This document shows positions 9,929-18,896 of a stretch of 64,000 bases of DNA, one piece after another (the first letter of the stretch is position 1; each line of letters opens with the position of its first letter). Position numbers and translations under genes: made by a program. This DNA is from Bdellovibrionales bacterium (GTDB lineage Bacteria > Bdellovibrionota > Bdellovibrionia > Bdellovibrionales > UBA1609): positions 96,001 to 160,000 of the forward strand of contig OZ241877.1 of NCBI GenBank assembly GCA_965203095.1, written 5' to 3'. A model generated the notes under the pieces. The model was given only the letters and a program-made list of their open reading frames with translations, did no database searches and was not told the origin of the DNA.

Positions 9929-11653
9929 GTGCCTTTGGCGACTTGTATCCCCTCTCATCTTAAAAAATTTATTGTGCCTCAAAACTATAAAAAATATAGC
10001 CATGAGGATCAGGCCCTTTGGCGTTTTGTAATGAGGGGCATAAAACACAACCTGTCCCTTTATGGGCTGAAAGGGGGTTTGAAGGGCTTAGAGCAAACAG
10101 GAATCAGTCAGGATAAAATTCCTAAAATTTCAGATATAGACAGGAATTTAAGAAAATTTGGTTGGCGGGCTGTTTGCATCAGTGGCTTTATCCCTCCCAG
10201 AGCTTTTATGGAGTTTCAAAAATCTAAAATCCTCCCCATCGCTTCGGAGTTAAGGTCTGTCCAACATGTGTTTTATACTCCCGCACCGGATATTATTCAT
10301 GAAGCTGTGGGCCATGTCCCTTTTTTAACCAATCCCTTGTTTTCAAAATTTTTAGAAAAATACGCTCAAACTGTTTTAAAGGCCATCTTCAGCCGGGAGG
10401 ATATGGAAAAATACAAAGCCATTAGAGACCTCAGTGACTTAAAAGAGAACCCGCACTCCAGCCCTCAACAAATCCAAAGGCAAGAGCAAAAGCTAAAGGC
10501 CATCACAAAAAATATGTCTCATGTTAGCGAATCGGCTCGTCTGTCTCGCTTAATATGGTGGACTTCAGAGTATGGGCTTATAGGGAGTTTAAAAAATCCA
10601 AAAATATACGGAGCGGGCCTGATCTCTTCCATAGGAGAATCCCTTCAAATCCAAAAAGTGAAAAAAATAAAGTTGAGTGAAAACTGCTTAAACTACCCCT
10701 TTGATATTACCGATTTCCAGCCCCAACTATTTGTGGCAGAAAGCTTTAAACAGGCCGGACAGGTTTTGGAAAAGATCTCAAAAAAAATGGCTGTTAAAAG
10801 AGGGGGAGCTTATGGGGTGAGGGAGGCTCTTAAATCTCAAACTGTAAATACTGTGGTTTTAAATAGCGGGCTACAAATTTCCGGGATTTTAACTCAGGCC
10901 ATCATTACTAAAAACAATAAAGTCGCTTTTTTAAAATTTTCCGGACCTGTGCAACTCTCCTTTCAAGGTCGGGAGCTTAAAGGCCATGGAAAAGCTTATC
11001 ATAAAGAGGGCTATAGCACAGCTTTAAACTTTCAAGGCCCAAACTCTACTCCTTATTTTTGGACAAAAAGCACTTTGTCCCGCCAAGGTCTACAAATAGG
11101 AAAGAAATCCAACTTGCAGTTTGCAGGGGGGATCCGCCTTACAGGAGAGCTTAAATCCTGCTTGAGACGAAAGGGCCGATGGCTTTTGCTGTCTTTTAAA
11201 AACTGCTTAATAAAAGATGAGAAAAACAAATTATTGTATCATCCCTCTTGGGGGCCTTTTGATTTGGCTGTTGGACCATCGGTAAGCTCTGTTTTTTCTG
11301 GCCCTGCCGACAACAAAGCTTATGGGCTAAAAGATGATTTTGAACCTTCAAAAATCCCTCAAAAATTTGTGAGCAAAAAACAAATAGAGAATTTTAAAAT
11401 TTACAAACAGCTCAATCATATTAAAAATCTGTCTGAAAAGGAGTTAGAGCAACTCATCCATAAACTAAAAACAAAAGACCACTGCTGGCTTATGTTTTTA
11501 GAGCTGTTGCATGCAGTGAGACAGCAAGCTCGCCTTAAAAAAAAGCTTTTGGCCTCTTTAGGCCCGGTGGCTCAAACCCAACTGCAAGGGAAAAAAGTTT
11601 TTCAACTGGGAAAAAAGTTTTATAAAATTAGAGAGAAAAATAGAGGCTTTTAG
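9929..11653 (+). CDS. phhA: aromatic amino acid hydroxylase, long form (phenylalanine 4-monooxygenase-like)
   Basis: YTPAPDIIHEAVGHVP iron-binding motif, WWTSEYGL, YGAGLISSIGES, QPQLFV. Confidence 0.85.
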   Translation: MPLATCIPSHLKKFIVPQNYKKYSHEDQALWRFVMRGIKHNLSLYGLKGGLKGLEQTGISQDKIPKISDIDRNLRKFGWRAVCISGFIPPRAFMEFQKSKILPIASELRSVQHVFYTPAPDIIHEAVGHVPFLTNPLFSKFLEKYAQTVLKAIFSREDMEKYKAIRDLSDLKENPHSSPQQIQRQEQKLKAITKNMSHVSESARLSRLIWWTSEYGLIGSLKNPKIYGAGLISSIGESLQIQKVKKIKLSENCLNYPFDITDFQPQLFVAESFKQAGQVLEKISKKMAVKRGGAYGVREALKSQTVNTVVLNSGLQISGILTQAIITKNNKVAFLKFSGPVQLSFQGRELKGHGKAYHKEGYSTALNFQGPNSTPYFWTKSTLSRQGLQIGKKSNLQFAGGIRLTGELKSCLRRKGRWLLLSFKNCLIKDEKNKLLYHPSWGPFDLAVGPSVSSVFSGPADNKAYGLKDDFEPSKIPQKFVSKKQIENFKIYKQLNHIKNLSEKELEQLIHKLKTKDHCWLMFLELLHAVRQQARLKKKLLASLGPVAQTQLQGKKVFQLGKKFYKIREKNRGF

Positions 11654-11661
11654 GGCTTAAT

Positions 11662-12348
11662 CTAATCTTCTTCAACTTCTTCAAAAAAATGGGCGACCTT
11701 AGAATCTCCTTCATGTTCATGAGAATCTCCTTCATGTTCATGGCAAATCACAGCTCCGACAAATCCCCCTGTCATACCCATTGTCGAAATCAAAACAATA
11801 GGATAGGCAGCAGGAAACATCCTCCCTGTCTCCGCATGTGCAATGTGCATCCCAAAAAAACCAAAAAAGGAGGCAAGAGCTGTTCCTCCGAAAGCCCATC
11901 TAACCCATTCTTTTTTTGCAAGCCTTCCTACAAGGCAACCAATCCCTCCGCCAACTAAAGCTGATCCCCCCGCCCAAGCCAGAAAAGGAATGAGGGCCGT
12001 TTGAGTTCCTTCCAAAATAAAATGATCTTTTAAGTAAGAGTAGTTTTCTTTTTCTATTTCATTGCAGGCCCGGAGATTATGAATAGAGATAGAAGACCTA
12101 AAGTTTTCTGGGATGGTTTTTGAAAAATGGGGGAGTAGGTCTGTTTGATTTCCTTTATCAGTAAAATCAATATAACAAACAGCTTGGCCGTCTTGAATAA
12201 TAACTGCTTTGCTAATGATAGCTTGTTTTGGAGCAAGTTGTTCTATTAGTTCTTTGTTCTGAGATTGAACAATGGGATCAGTGGAGTCTGGCAAGCCGGC
12301 CAACCCCGGCAAGCTCATTAAAAGGATAAGGCTTAATAGTGTTTTCAT
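11662..12348 (-). CDS. hypothetical exported/membrane protein with Gly-rich hydrophobic C-terminal helices
   Basis: Signal peptide, three Gly-rich hydrophobic segments, duplicated HEHEGDS tail. Confidence 0.65.
   Translation of the reverse strand: MKTLLSLILLMSLPGLAGLPDSTDPIVQSQNKELIEQLAPKQAIISKAVIIQDGQAVCYIDFTDKGNQTDLLPHFSKTIPENFRSSISIHNLRACNEIEKENYSYLKDHFILEGTQTALIPFLAWAGGSALVGGGIGCLVGRLAKKEWVRWAFGGTALASFFGFFGMHIAHAETGRMFPAAYPIVLISTMGMTGGFVGAVICHEHEGDSHEHEGDSKVAHFFEEVEED
11701..11742. repeat. 21-bp tandem duplication (2 copies) encoding HEHEGDS
   Basis: agaatctccttcatgttcatg x2. Confidence 0.9.
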
Positions 12349-12554
12349 TGTGTTGGGGTATAGCAGGATTGTCCGGGAAGATAAAGTTTTTTTTAGTCTT
12401 TATGTAAATTTTTCACAAAAAGGGCAGTTTTACCTACCTTTGCCCTGTGCTTCCCCTTTGAGAAGTGTCTGGGCAGGATTGGGCTTGTCTGTCTGCTGTT
12501 TTGTCAATCGTAATAATTGCTTTGTCCAATCTATCTGATAAGGGAATAAATAGA

Positions 12555-12803
12555 TTATTTGTTTTTGCGGGCTTGCTTTGGCTGATCGTGCGAATGGTTT
12601 TTAAAATCATAAAACAGCTGTTTAAGTTCCGCCATATCCTCTGATAGCTTGGCTTGGCCAGCCTCAATCCTGTCTATCCTCTTATCAAGATTAACCTGAT
12701 TAGCCTTAACCGGAACTAAAAGGAGATTAAAGACAATTCCTAAACCTGTCAAAACGGCCACAAAAGCAATAACAGCTTGAAATAATGGAATAAAGGCTTT
12801 CAT
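12555..12803 (-). CDS. small single-TM coiled-coil protein (paralog family)
   Basis: First about 33 aa nearly identical to 12826..13050; C-terminus shared with 13862..14188. Confidence 0.75.
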   Translation of the reverse strand: MKAFIPLFQAVIAFVAVLTGLGIVFNLLLVPVKANQVNLDKRIDRIEAGQAKLSEDMAELKQLFYDFKNHSHDQPKQARKNK

Positions 12804-12825
12804 ACATCCATTATATGGACATTGT

Positions 12826-13050
12826 TTATTTGCCCTTGTGAGCTTGCTTGGGTTTTGGGGGCTGTTTTGGCTGGTTGTGAGATTGATCTTTTAATTCATA
12901 AACCAGCTTTTTTATTTCAACCTGCCCCGCTTTAATGTGCTCTATATCTTTTTTAACCGGAGCTAAAAGAAGATTAAAGACAATTCCTAAACCTGTCAAA
13001 ACGGCCACAAAAGCAATAACAGCTTGAAATAATGGAGTAAAGGCTTTCAT
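12826..13050 (-). CDS. small single-TM coiled-coil protein (paralog family)
   Basis: MKAFTPLFQAVIAFVAVLTGLGIVFNLLL shared N-terminus; promoter directly upstream. Confidence 0.75.
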   Translation of the reverse strand: MKAFTPLFQAVIAFVAVLTGLGIVFNLLLAPVKKDIEHIKAGQVEIKKLVYELKDQSHNQPKQPPKPKQAHKGK

Positions 13051-13056
13051 ACATTC

Positions 13057-13085
13057 ATTGTCAGTCCATTGTCCGGGAATGTCAA
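13057..13085 (-). promoter_or_regulatory. sigma70-type promoter, probably leaderless transcript
   Basis: TTGACA-17 nt-GACAAT, then 6 nt to ATG at 13050. Confidence 0.7.
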
Positions 13086-13194
13086 GCTTTTTTTAAAGTG
13101 CTCAAATATCAGCCAGAATAGGCTTTTTTCCCAGCTGAGGCTTTTGATATAGATATAGATAGAGATTAGAGAGAAAAGCAGAGGGTTCTGAGGC

Positions 13195-13767
13195 TTAATC
13201 CACCCAGTTAATCTTGTCTGTGTTCCATGCTCCTTTTAATTTACCGCGATATTTTGAGTCTACCATCGCTCCTTTCAAGTTTGCCCCTCTGAAGTTAACT
13301 CTGAAGTTAGCCCTCCACCATTTCACCCTTAACAAGTTCCCATTTAACAAGTTAGCCCTCCACCAATTTACATCCCCTGATCTATCCGTCATCCATACCA
13401 GCTTAGCCTCTATCAAGTATGCATGACTTAAGTTCGCTAAATCTAACTTTGCCCAATACAAGACCGCTTTTGTTAAGTTTGCTCCCGTCAAGTTAGCCCC
13501 TTGCAAGTTAGCCCCCGTCAAGTCGGCCAGGGCCAAGTCTGCCCTTGTTAAGTCTGCCCCTCTTAGGTCTGCATTCGTCAACAAAGCCCCTCTCAAGTCC
13601 GCCCCCTCCAATTCTGCCAACTTTAAGTTTGCATGACTTAAGTCCCTCCCCGCTAAGTCTAAGTCTTTTTTCCCTTGTTTTATTTGCTTAATAAGCTCTG
13701 TTTTGCTCAAGATTTTGGCTTGAGCGGGAATTGAGAAACATAAGAAGATAATAATCAGACCTTTCAT
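13195..13767 (-). CDS. secreted pentapeptide-repeat protein
   Basis: A(D/N)L.. repeats; signal peptide ending AQA. Confidence 0.9.
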   Translation of the reverse strand: MKGLIIIFLCFSIPAQAKILSKTELIKQIKQGKKDLDLAGRDLSHANLKLAELEGADLRGALLTNADLRGADLTRADLALADLTGANLQGANLTGANLTKAVLYWAKLDLANLSHAYLIEAKLVWMTDRSGDVNWWRANLLNGNLLRVKWWRANFRVNFRGANLKGAMVDSKYRGKLKGAWNTDKINWVD

Positions 13768-13861
13768 ACTTATCTTATCGGGTTATTGTCCGGGAAACTA
13801 AAGAAAAAAAGAGCCGTAAACTGTGGCCACCGGGAAAAGGCAAATAAAGGGAATAAAGAGA

Positions 13862-14188
13862 CTATTTGTTTTTGCGGGCTTGCTTTGACGGATTGTGAGA
13901 ATGGTTTTTAAAGTCATTTTTAAAGTCATATAACAGCTGTTTTATTTCAGCCTGCCCTGTCTCTAATTTATCCATTCTTATTTCAATCTTAGCTATGTTT
14001 TGTTTTAATGGGTCTATTTTTGCGTTTAAAAGAAAATTTACTCCTACAAGCAAAAAAGACAATGTCACCACAACACAAGATATAGTGATCATTAAAGGAA
14101 CAGAAGGTTTTAAATTCATACTTATTCCTTCAATCTTATTATCATCTGCTATTTGTCCAGTTGTGGCCGGGTTTAATGTTTCAGACAT
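13862..14188 (-). CDS. small single-TM coiled-coil protein (paralog family)
   Basis: TM followed by KIDPLK..I..IE.RMDKLE.GQAEIKQLLYDFKN..KQARKNK; AAGGAG SD. Confidence 0.75.
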   Translation of the reverse strand: MSETLNPATTGQIADDNKIEGISMNLKPSVPLMITISCVVVTLSFLLVGVNFLLNAKIDPLKQNIAKIEIRMDKLETGQAEIKQLLYDFKNDFKNHSHNPSKQARKNK

Positions 14189-14213
14189 GTTAGCTCCTTA
14201 AGGTTATCAATTT

Positions 14214-14316
14214 ATACATCCATTATATGGACATTGGCCGGGAATGTCAAGTTTTTATTTCAAGTGCTCAAATATCAGCCAGAATAGGCTTTTTTTCCAG
14301 CTGAGGCTTTTGATAT
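14214..14316. repeat. about 100-bp intergenic block duplicated at about 13049..13150
   Basis: Shared gggaatgtcaag...aagtgctcaaatatcagccagaataggctttttt.ccagctgaggcttttgatat. Confidence 0.9.
14222..14250 (-). promoter_or_regulatory. consensus sigma70 promoter
   Basis: Perfect TTGACA-17 nt-TATAAT on the minus strand. Confidence 0.8.
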
Positions 14317-14344
14317 TTAAAGATTAGAGAGAAAAATAGAGGGT

Positions 14345-14986
14345 TTAGAGCGTATTCACCCATCTAACTAAGTGCAAGCCCTTAGCTCCCTTAAACAGTT
14401 CCCCCTTCCTGTCTTGATTTCTGTGCTTATATTTTATGCTAATAGTAGCCCCCGCCAAGTCCGCTCCAGTAAAGTCTGTCCGCCAAAAATCTGCAAATCT
14501 CAAGTCTGCCCATAACAATTTAGCTTCTGACAAGTTAGCTAATGTAAAATCCGCCCCTATCATTTTTGCCTCTGTCAAGTCAGCCCCTTCCAAGTCCGCT
14601 TTTCTTAAGAAAGCTCCCTGCTTTTGAGCCTTATGCAAGTTCGCTTCATGTAATCTTGCTCCATTCATTTTCGCACTCCTTAATTTTGCTTCCTCCATTT
14701 GTGCTCGATCAAGGCGTGCCCCTCTTAAGTCTGCCCCCGTAAAGTCTGCTCTCTGAAAATCGGCACCGGTCAAATTTAAATTCTGCATTTGGGCATTTTT
14801 AAAATCACCACCTGGGAAGGTTTTTTTCCCCCTTCTGATTTGTTCAATCAGTTCGCTCCCCCCTTGATAGATCAGTCTTGCTTTGGACTGAGGAGTCCTT
14901 TCCCCTTGAGTTTCTTTTTTGGCAAACTTAAGAGTCCCACAAGACAAAATAAAAGACGATAGAAAAATAAAAAATAGGATTTTCAT
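14345..14986 (-). CDS. pentapeptide-repeat lipoprotein
   Basis: Lipobox ILSC; ADF/ADL/AKL pentapeptide repeats. Confidence 0.9.
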   Translation of the reverse strand: MKILFFIFLSSFILSCGTLKFAKKETQGERTPQSKARLIYQGGSELIEQIRRGKKTFPGGDFKNAQMQNLNLTGADFQRADFTGADLRGARLDRAQMEEAKLRSAKMNGARLHEANLHKAQKQGAFLRKADLEGADLTEAKMIGADFTLANLSEAKLLWADLRFADFWRTDFTGADLAGATISIKYKHRNQDRKGELFKGAKGLHLVRWVNTL

Positions 14987-15014
14987 GGTCCCTTCTTTTA
15001 GGGTTGTTTCCTGT

Positions 15015-17672
15015 TTATCTTATCGGTTGTTTGTCCGGATCTCTTAGTCCTGTTTTCTCAAAACTGGACTTCAGTTCCTTCAATTCTTTTGAGAGGCTGT
15101 CTATTTTTTCATTGGCTGATTTTAGTTCCTTTGTATTGTCTTGAAGTTTTGCAGTGGCTTCTTTTAATTCCTGTTTAGTATTGGCCAGCTCTTTTTTAAA
15201 CTGATCGTCTGTTTTGCTGAGGGCTTTAAACTTTGCCTCTATTGTGGAATTGAGAGTTTTGAATTTTGAGAGCACATCTTTTTTAAAACTTTCTATCTTG
15301 GAATGAAGGGCTTTTATCCCAGCCCACAATGTCCCATAGATAGAGGGCCAGTCCGGGGAAACAGGCTTTCCTTTAAGCTGTAAGCTTTTTGGCAAGTCCT
15401 CCGCTATCACTCCCATTCTTTTCTTTTTAGGAAAATTGTCTTTATCCTTAAAATAATAAGTGAATAGGGGAGTATCTATTATGTCCTTCAAAGCCTTTTC
15501 CATATCATTAAAGGGACGAATATTCTTTTTATAAACTTTGGAGGATCGCCCTGTGCCTTGATATATGCAAGAGCACCTATCCTGCTCCCATGCATGACTG
15601 CTCGCACATCTTGGCTGACAGTGATTACAAGATTCATTCCAAAGATAAGAACAGGACTTACATTCCTGATCCCTAACAGACCAATTGTTTGGGCATCTAT
15701 GGACACACTGTGATCCATCCCATCTGTGAGAGGCTTGACATCTGTTTTTACATTGCGACCCGTCCCAATACTGCTGGGCAGAGCAGGCAGAGACACACTT
15801 TGCCAAAGGGGATGACCAGTTTGGCTTAGCCCCCCCACAGCGGGTCATACAGCGACTCCCATTCCAATAATAGCCGGGCATACATTTATCTTGAAGGGCA
15901 CAGACTTTATTCCCGGCGGAGTTAAATCCTCTGAGAACATCCCCCACTGGACAGGTTTGTTTCCAGCCTGTGCCACCAGTGGCAATACAAACTTTATTCC
16001 CAGAAGTGTCAAATCCTCTAAGAGTTTGGCCAGCTGGACATAACCAGCCTTGAGCTTTTACTTTAACATCTGGGGCTTTGATTTCTATTTTACCCCCCTT
16101 GATATAAGTTCCACCATTGCCAGAGATAGTCTGCCCTGTCCCCCCGGCACCGGCTCCGATAAGAGTATTATAATTCCCGGACACCTTAGCAGTCCGGCCG
16201 GCGGCATGACCTAAAAAGACATTCAAATCCCCAGAGATATAACCGCCTGTAGTTGTCCCATGATTCTTTTTTCCCGCTTCATTCCCTATAAAAACATTTC
16301 CATTAGCACCGGATCTTATATCTGCACTCCGCCCAGCACCATCCCCTAAAAAGAGATTGGTATTCCCTCTCACTGTGGCTTTGTCACCAGCATGATAGCC
16401 AAAAAAATCATTTCCAGTCCCGGACACTGTAGCTTCTTTACCGGCATGATCACCAATAAAATGGTTCTGCCCTCCGCTCACTGTGGCTTTTTTCCCAGCA
16501 TTGTCCCCAAAAAAATGATTGCCTCCAGATGAGATTGTGGCTTCTCTGCCTGAATTAGTGCCAACAAAAGTATTCATTGCCCCTGAAGTTATTTTTGTTT
16601 TATAACCCGCTTGAGAACCAAAAAAATGATGGCCTGTTCCAGGGACTTTTGCTTGATCGCCAGCCCACCTTCCAAAAAACATGTTGCTATTCCCGCTTAC
16701 TTTTGCTCCACTCCCTGATCGTTCCCCTACAAAAGCATTCCATTTCCCGCTCACTGTGGCAAATTGGCCTGTCCCGTGCCCCACAAAAACATTATTGTCC
16801 CCGCTGACATGACTACTTGTGTTTGCTCTCCCCGCCTCACTTCCTATAAAAACATTATAATCAGCCCCAGACCTTACATCTGCATGAAGGCCCGCACCTG
16901 CTCCTAAAAAAAGATTATTAGCCCCAGCGATAGTAGCCGACCTTGCCACATCATTACCAAAAGCCGTTGTGCCTGTGCCACCAAGTGATTGTGTGCTACC
17001 ACATCCAGCAAGGGTTCTTCTGCTCCCAGTTGCCTCCGCTTTATAACAGCGGTTTTTGCCCCCTGTTGTTCCTATTTCAGTGCAAGTGAAATTAGTATAA
17101 GTGCTATTAGGAGCGGACGACCATTCAATGTCTACAGTCAAAAGCCTCCCTCTGATAAAGGTCATCCCTTTTTGAATACCTGGGATAAGCATCCAAGTTT
17201 TTTTACAAGCCCCGCCTGAATAGGTATGAGCAGAAGTCCGACAATCACAGCTCCCACCATTGTCGGCAAGATTACATCTCAAAACAAAAAATCGCGGAAA
17301 AAATCCATAGCGGGAAAATATGTTGTTAGAATCATGAACATCTAAAAGATTTGTGTTGTCTGCTTTTTTTATGATTTGGATCTCTATATGATTATCTTGA
17401 GTCCCCTCCGCTAACTTTGCTTTTTTTGTGGCAGAAGGGGCCGGATATTTATTAGGAGTATTCTGATTGAGCCAGTTCTCTATTGTTTTCTGACAGCTTG
17501 TTTGTGTCCCAAACTGCTCCCAAAAAGCATTCAGTTCCCTTTCCTTATTTATTTTCTGTTGCTGTTGGGCTATCAAGGCCATGTGTTTAGCCATACCCGT
17601 CATGGCTATTACCCCAATAGTGGAGGCCACCACAACACCGGTAATAGAAAAAACCTTTATTGTTAAAAACAA
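15015..17672 (-). CDS. mosaic trimeric fibre/adhesin with C-terminal peptidase S74 intramolecular chaperone; 5' end appears frameshifted
   Basis: Pilin-like hydrophobic N-terminus; many N.F.G..AG repeats; Cys-rich repeats (CP.G..LRGF...GNKVC x2, W(D/N)GS.C x3); SS..YKKNI...MGVIAE S74 signature; coiled-coil tail. Confidence 0.8.
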   Translation of the reverse strand: MFLTIKVFSITGVVVASTIGVIAMTGMAKHMALIAQQQQKINKERELNAFWEQFGTQTSCQKTIENWLNQNTPNKYPAPSATKKAKLAEGTQDNHIEIQIIKKADNTNLLDVHDSNNIFSRYGFFPRFFVLRCNLADNGGSCDCRTSAHTYSGGACKKTWMLIPGIQKGMTFIRGRLLTVDIEWSSAPNSTYTNFTCTEIGTTGGKNRCYKAEATGSRRTLAGCGSTQSLGGTGTTAFGNDVARSATIAGANNLFLGAGAGLHADVRSGADYNVFIGSEAGRANTSSHVSGDNNVFVGHGTGQFATVSGKWNAFVGERSGSGAKVSGNSNMFFGRWAGDQAKVPGTGHHFFGSQAGYKTKITSGAMNTFVGTNSGREATISSGGNHFFGDNAGKKATVSGGQNHFIGDHAGKEATVSGTGNDFFGYHAGDKATVRGNTNLFLGDGAGRSADIRSGANGNVFIGNEAGKKNHGTTTGGYISGDLNVFLGHAAGRTAKVSGNYNTLIGAGAGGTGQTISGNGGTYIKGGKIEIKAPDVKVKAQGWLCPAGQTLRGFDTSGNKVCIATGGTGWKQTCPVGDVLRGFNSAGNKVCALQDKCMPGYYWNGSRCMTRCGGAKPNWSSPLAKCVSACSAQQYWDGSQCKNRCQASHRWDGSQCVHRCPNNWSVRDQECKSCSYLWNESCNHCQPRCASSHAWEQDRCSCIYQGTGRSSKVYKKNIRPFNDMEKALKDIIDTPLFTYYFKDKDNFPKKKRMGVIAEDLPKSLQLKGKPVSPDWPSIYGTLWAGIKALHSKIESFKKDVLSKFKTLNSTIEAKFKALSKTDDQFKKELANTKQELKEATAKLQDNTKELKSANEKIDSLSKELKELKSSFEKTGLRDPDKQPIR

Positions 17673-17724
17673 AAGTTTTTTTATGTTTAAAATGATTTAA
17701 ACTATTGAATTTACAGCATTTTTC

Positions 17725-17742
17725 GGGGGGGGGGGGGGGGGG
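17725..17742. repeat. G18 homopolymer (C18 on the coding strand of the fibre gene)
   Basis: 18 consecutive G in AT-rich DNA. Confidence 0.95.
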
Positions 17743-17931
17743 TAAATTTACCGTCCCGAAATGAAATGGCCTTTGGGCAAAGAAACTAAAGAATATTTGC
17801 CTTTTTATACTGATTTTGTTTGAAAATTCCTGCCTTTTCTACTCTGTTTTGACCGGAAATCTCAAATGTAATCAGTATATTTATTAAAAAAAACCTATCT
17901 TGGTGGGGTTTAGAGCACTTTAAACAAAGGC

Positions 17932-17960
17932 TTGACATTCCCGTCCAATGCCCCGATAAT
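17932..17960 (+). promoter_or_regulatory. sigma70-type promoter related to those at 13057 and 14222
   Basis: TTGACA-ttcccgtccaatgcccc-GATAAT, 6 nt to ATG at 17967. Confidence 0.7.
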
Positions 17961-17966
17961 GAGATT

Positions 17967-18220
17967 ATGTTAAGTTTTTTATCTGTTTTAAATTTTTTAG
18001 GTTTTAAGGCTGAAAATACAGCTCTATTTATTGTTTTGATTTTGTTTTACATAATTTTTAAGCATAAGTTTGAGCTTTTAAATAAGGATATAGGTCACAT
18101 AAAAGAGGCTTTAAGCAACACATAACAGACACAAACAAAAAGATTGATCGGCTGGACAATAAGTTTGATAAGAGAATTGACAAACTTGAGTCTAAAATCG
18201 AGCAGAACTTTAGAAAATAA
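17967..18220 (+). pseudogene. frameshifted small TM/coiled-coil gene
   Basis: 52 codons MLSFLSVLNFLG...IKEALSNT* (stop 18123-18125); -1 frame continues HITDTNKKIDRLDNKFDKRIDKLESKIEQNFRK* to 18220. Confidence 0.6.
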
Positions 18221-18422
18221 CTTCTTTTTCCCTCTGATCTCTGCCTTTTAATGATGTGAAAAATTTACAAAAAACTCTTTTTTTTCTCTATTTCACGGAA
18301 GCCCTATTTTTTACCCTCTTTATGGAGCTAAGTTTGACTTTTAGCTCCCCTTAAGCTTTAAATAGAGAGCCGTCAGACATAAAGTTTTTACTGATTTTTC
18401 CAAACCATGGATAGGAGATTTT

Positions 18423-18896
18423 TTGGAACGAACAGAAATTAAAAATCCAAAAGAGCTTAAACAAGTCTGTAAGAAACTAATAAAAAATATCAAAAGCCCT
18501 CATGTGGTTTTGTTGGAAGGTCCCTTAGCTGTGGGAAAAAGCCTTATGGTGAGTTATATGGCCAGTCAGATGGGCTTTCCGGAACAGGAAATTCACTCCC
18601 CCAGCTTTTCCCTAATTAATGTTTATAAAAAATCCCCACATGATATTTTATATCATGTGGATCTCTTCCGTTTGAAAACAATAGAGGAGGTAGAGAACAT
18701 TGCCTTTTGGGATATTTTTTGCGAGCCGGCCATAGTGTTTATTGAGTGGCCCCAACTTGTTCAAAAACATATCCCCCCTTTATGGAACCAACTCAAAATC
18801 CTGCTGAGCTTTGCCCCTCAAAAAGAATCTCGAATTTTAGAATGGACATTCATCCCTCCCATTCCTCTTAAATCAAAGGGCCGGAGGGCTAATTAG
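18423..18896 (+). CDS. tsaE: tRNA t6A biosynthesis ATPase
   Basis: LLEGPLAVGKS, HSPSFSL, YHVDLFRL and IEWP motifs. Confidence 0.9.
   Translation: MERTEIKNPKELKQVCKKLIKNIKSPHVVLLEGPLAVGKSLMVSYMASQMGFPEQEIHSPSFSLINVYKKSPHDILYHVDLFRLKTIEEVENIAFWDIFCEPAIVFIEWPQLVQKHIPPLWNQLKILLSFAPQKESRILEWTFIPPIPLKSKGRRAN

Noticed and set aside
15015..17672. Prophage tail fibre
   Set aside because: No capsid, terminase, integrase or other phage genes nearby; the N-terminus is pilin-like.
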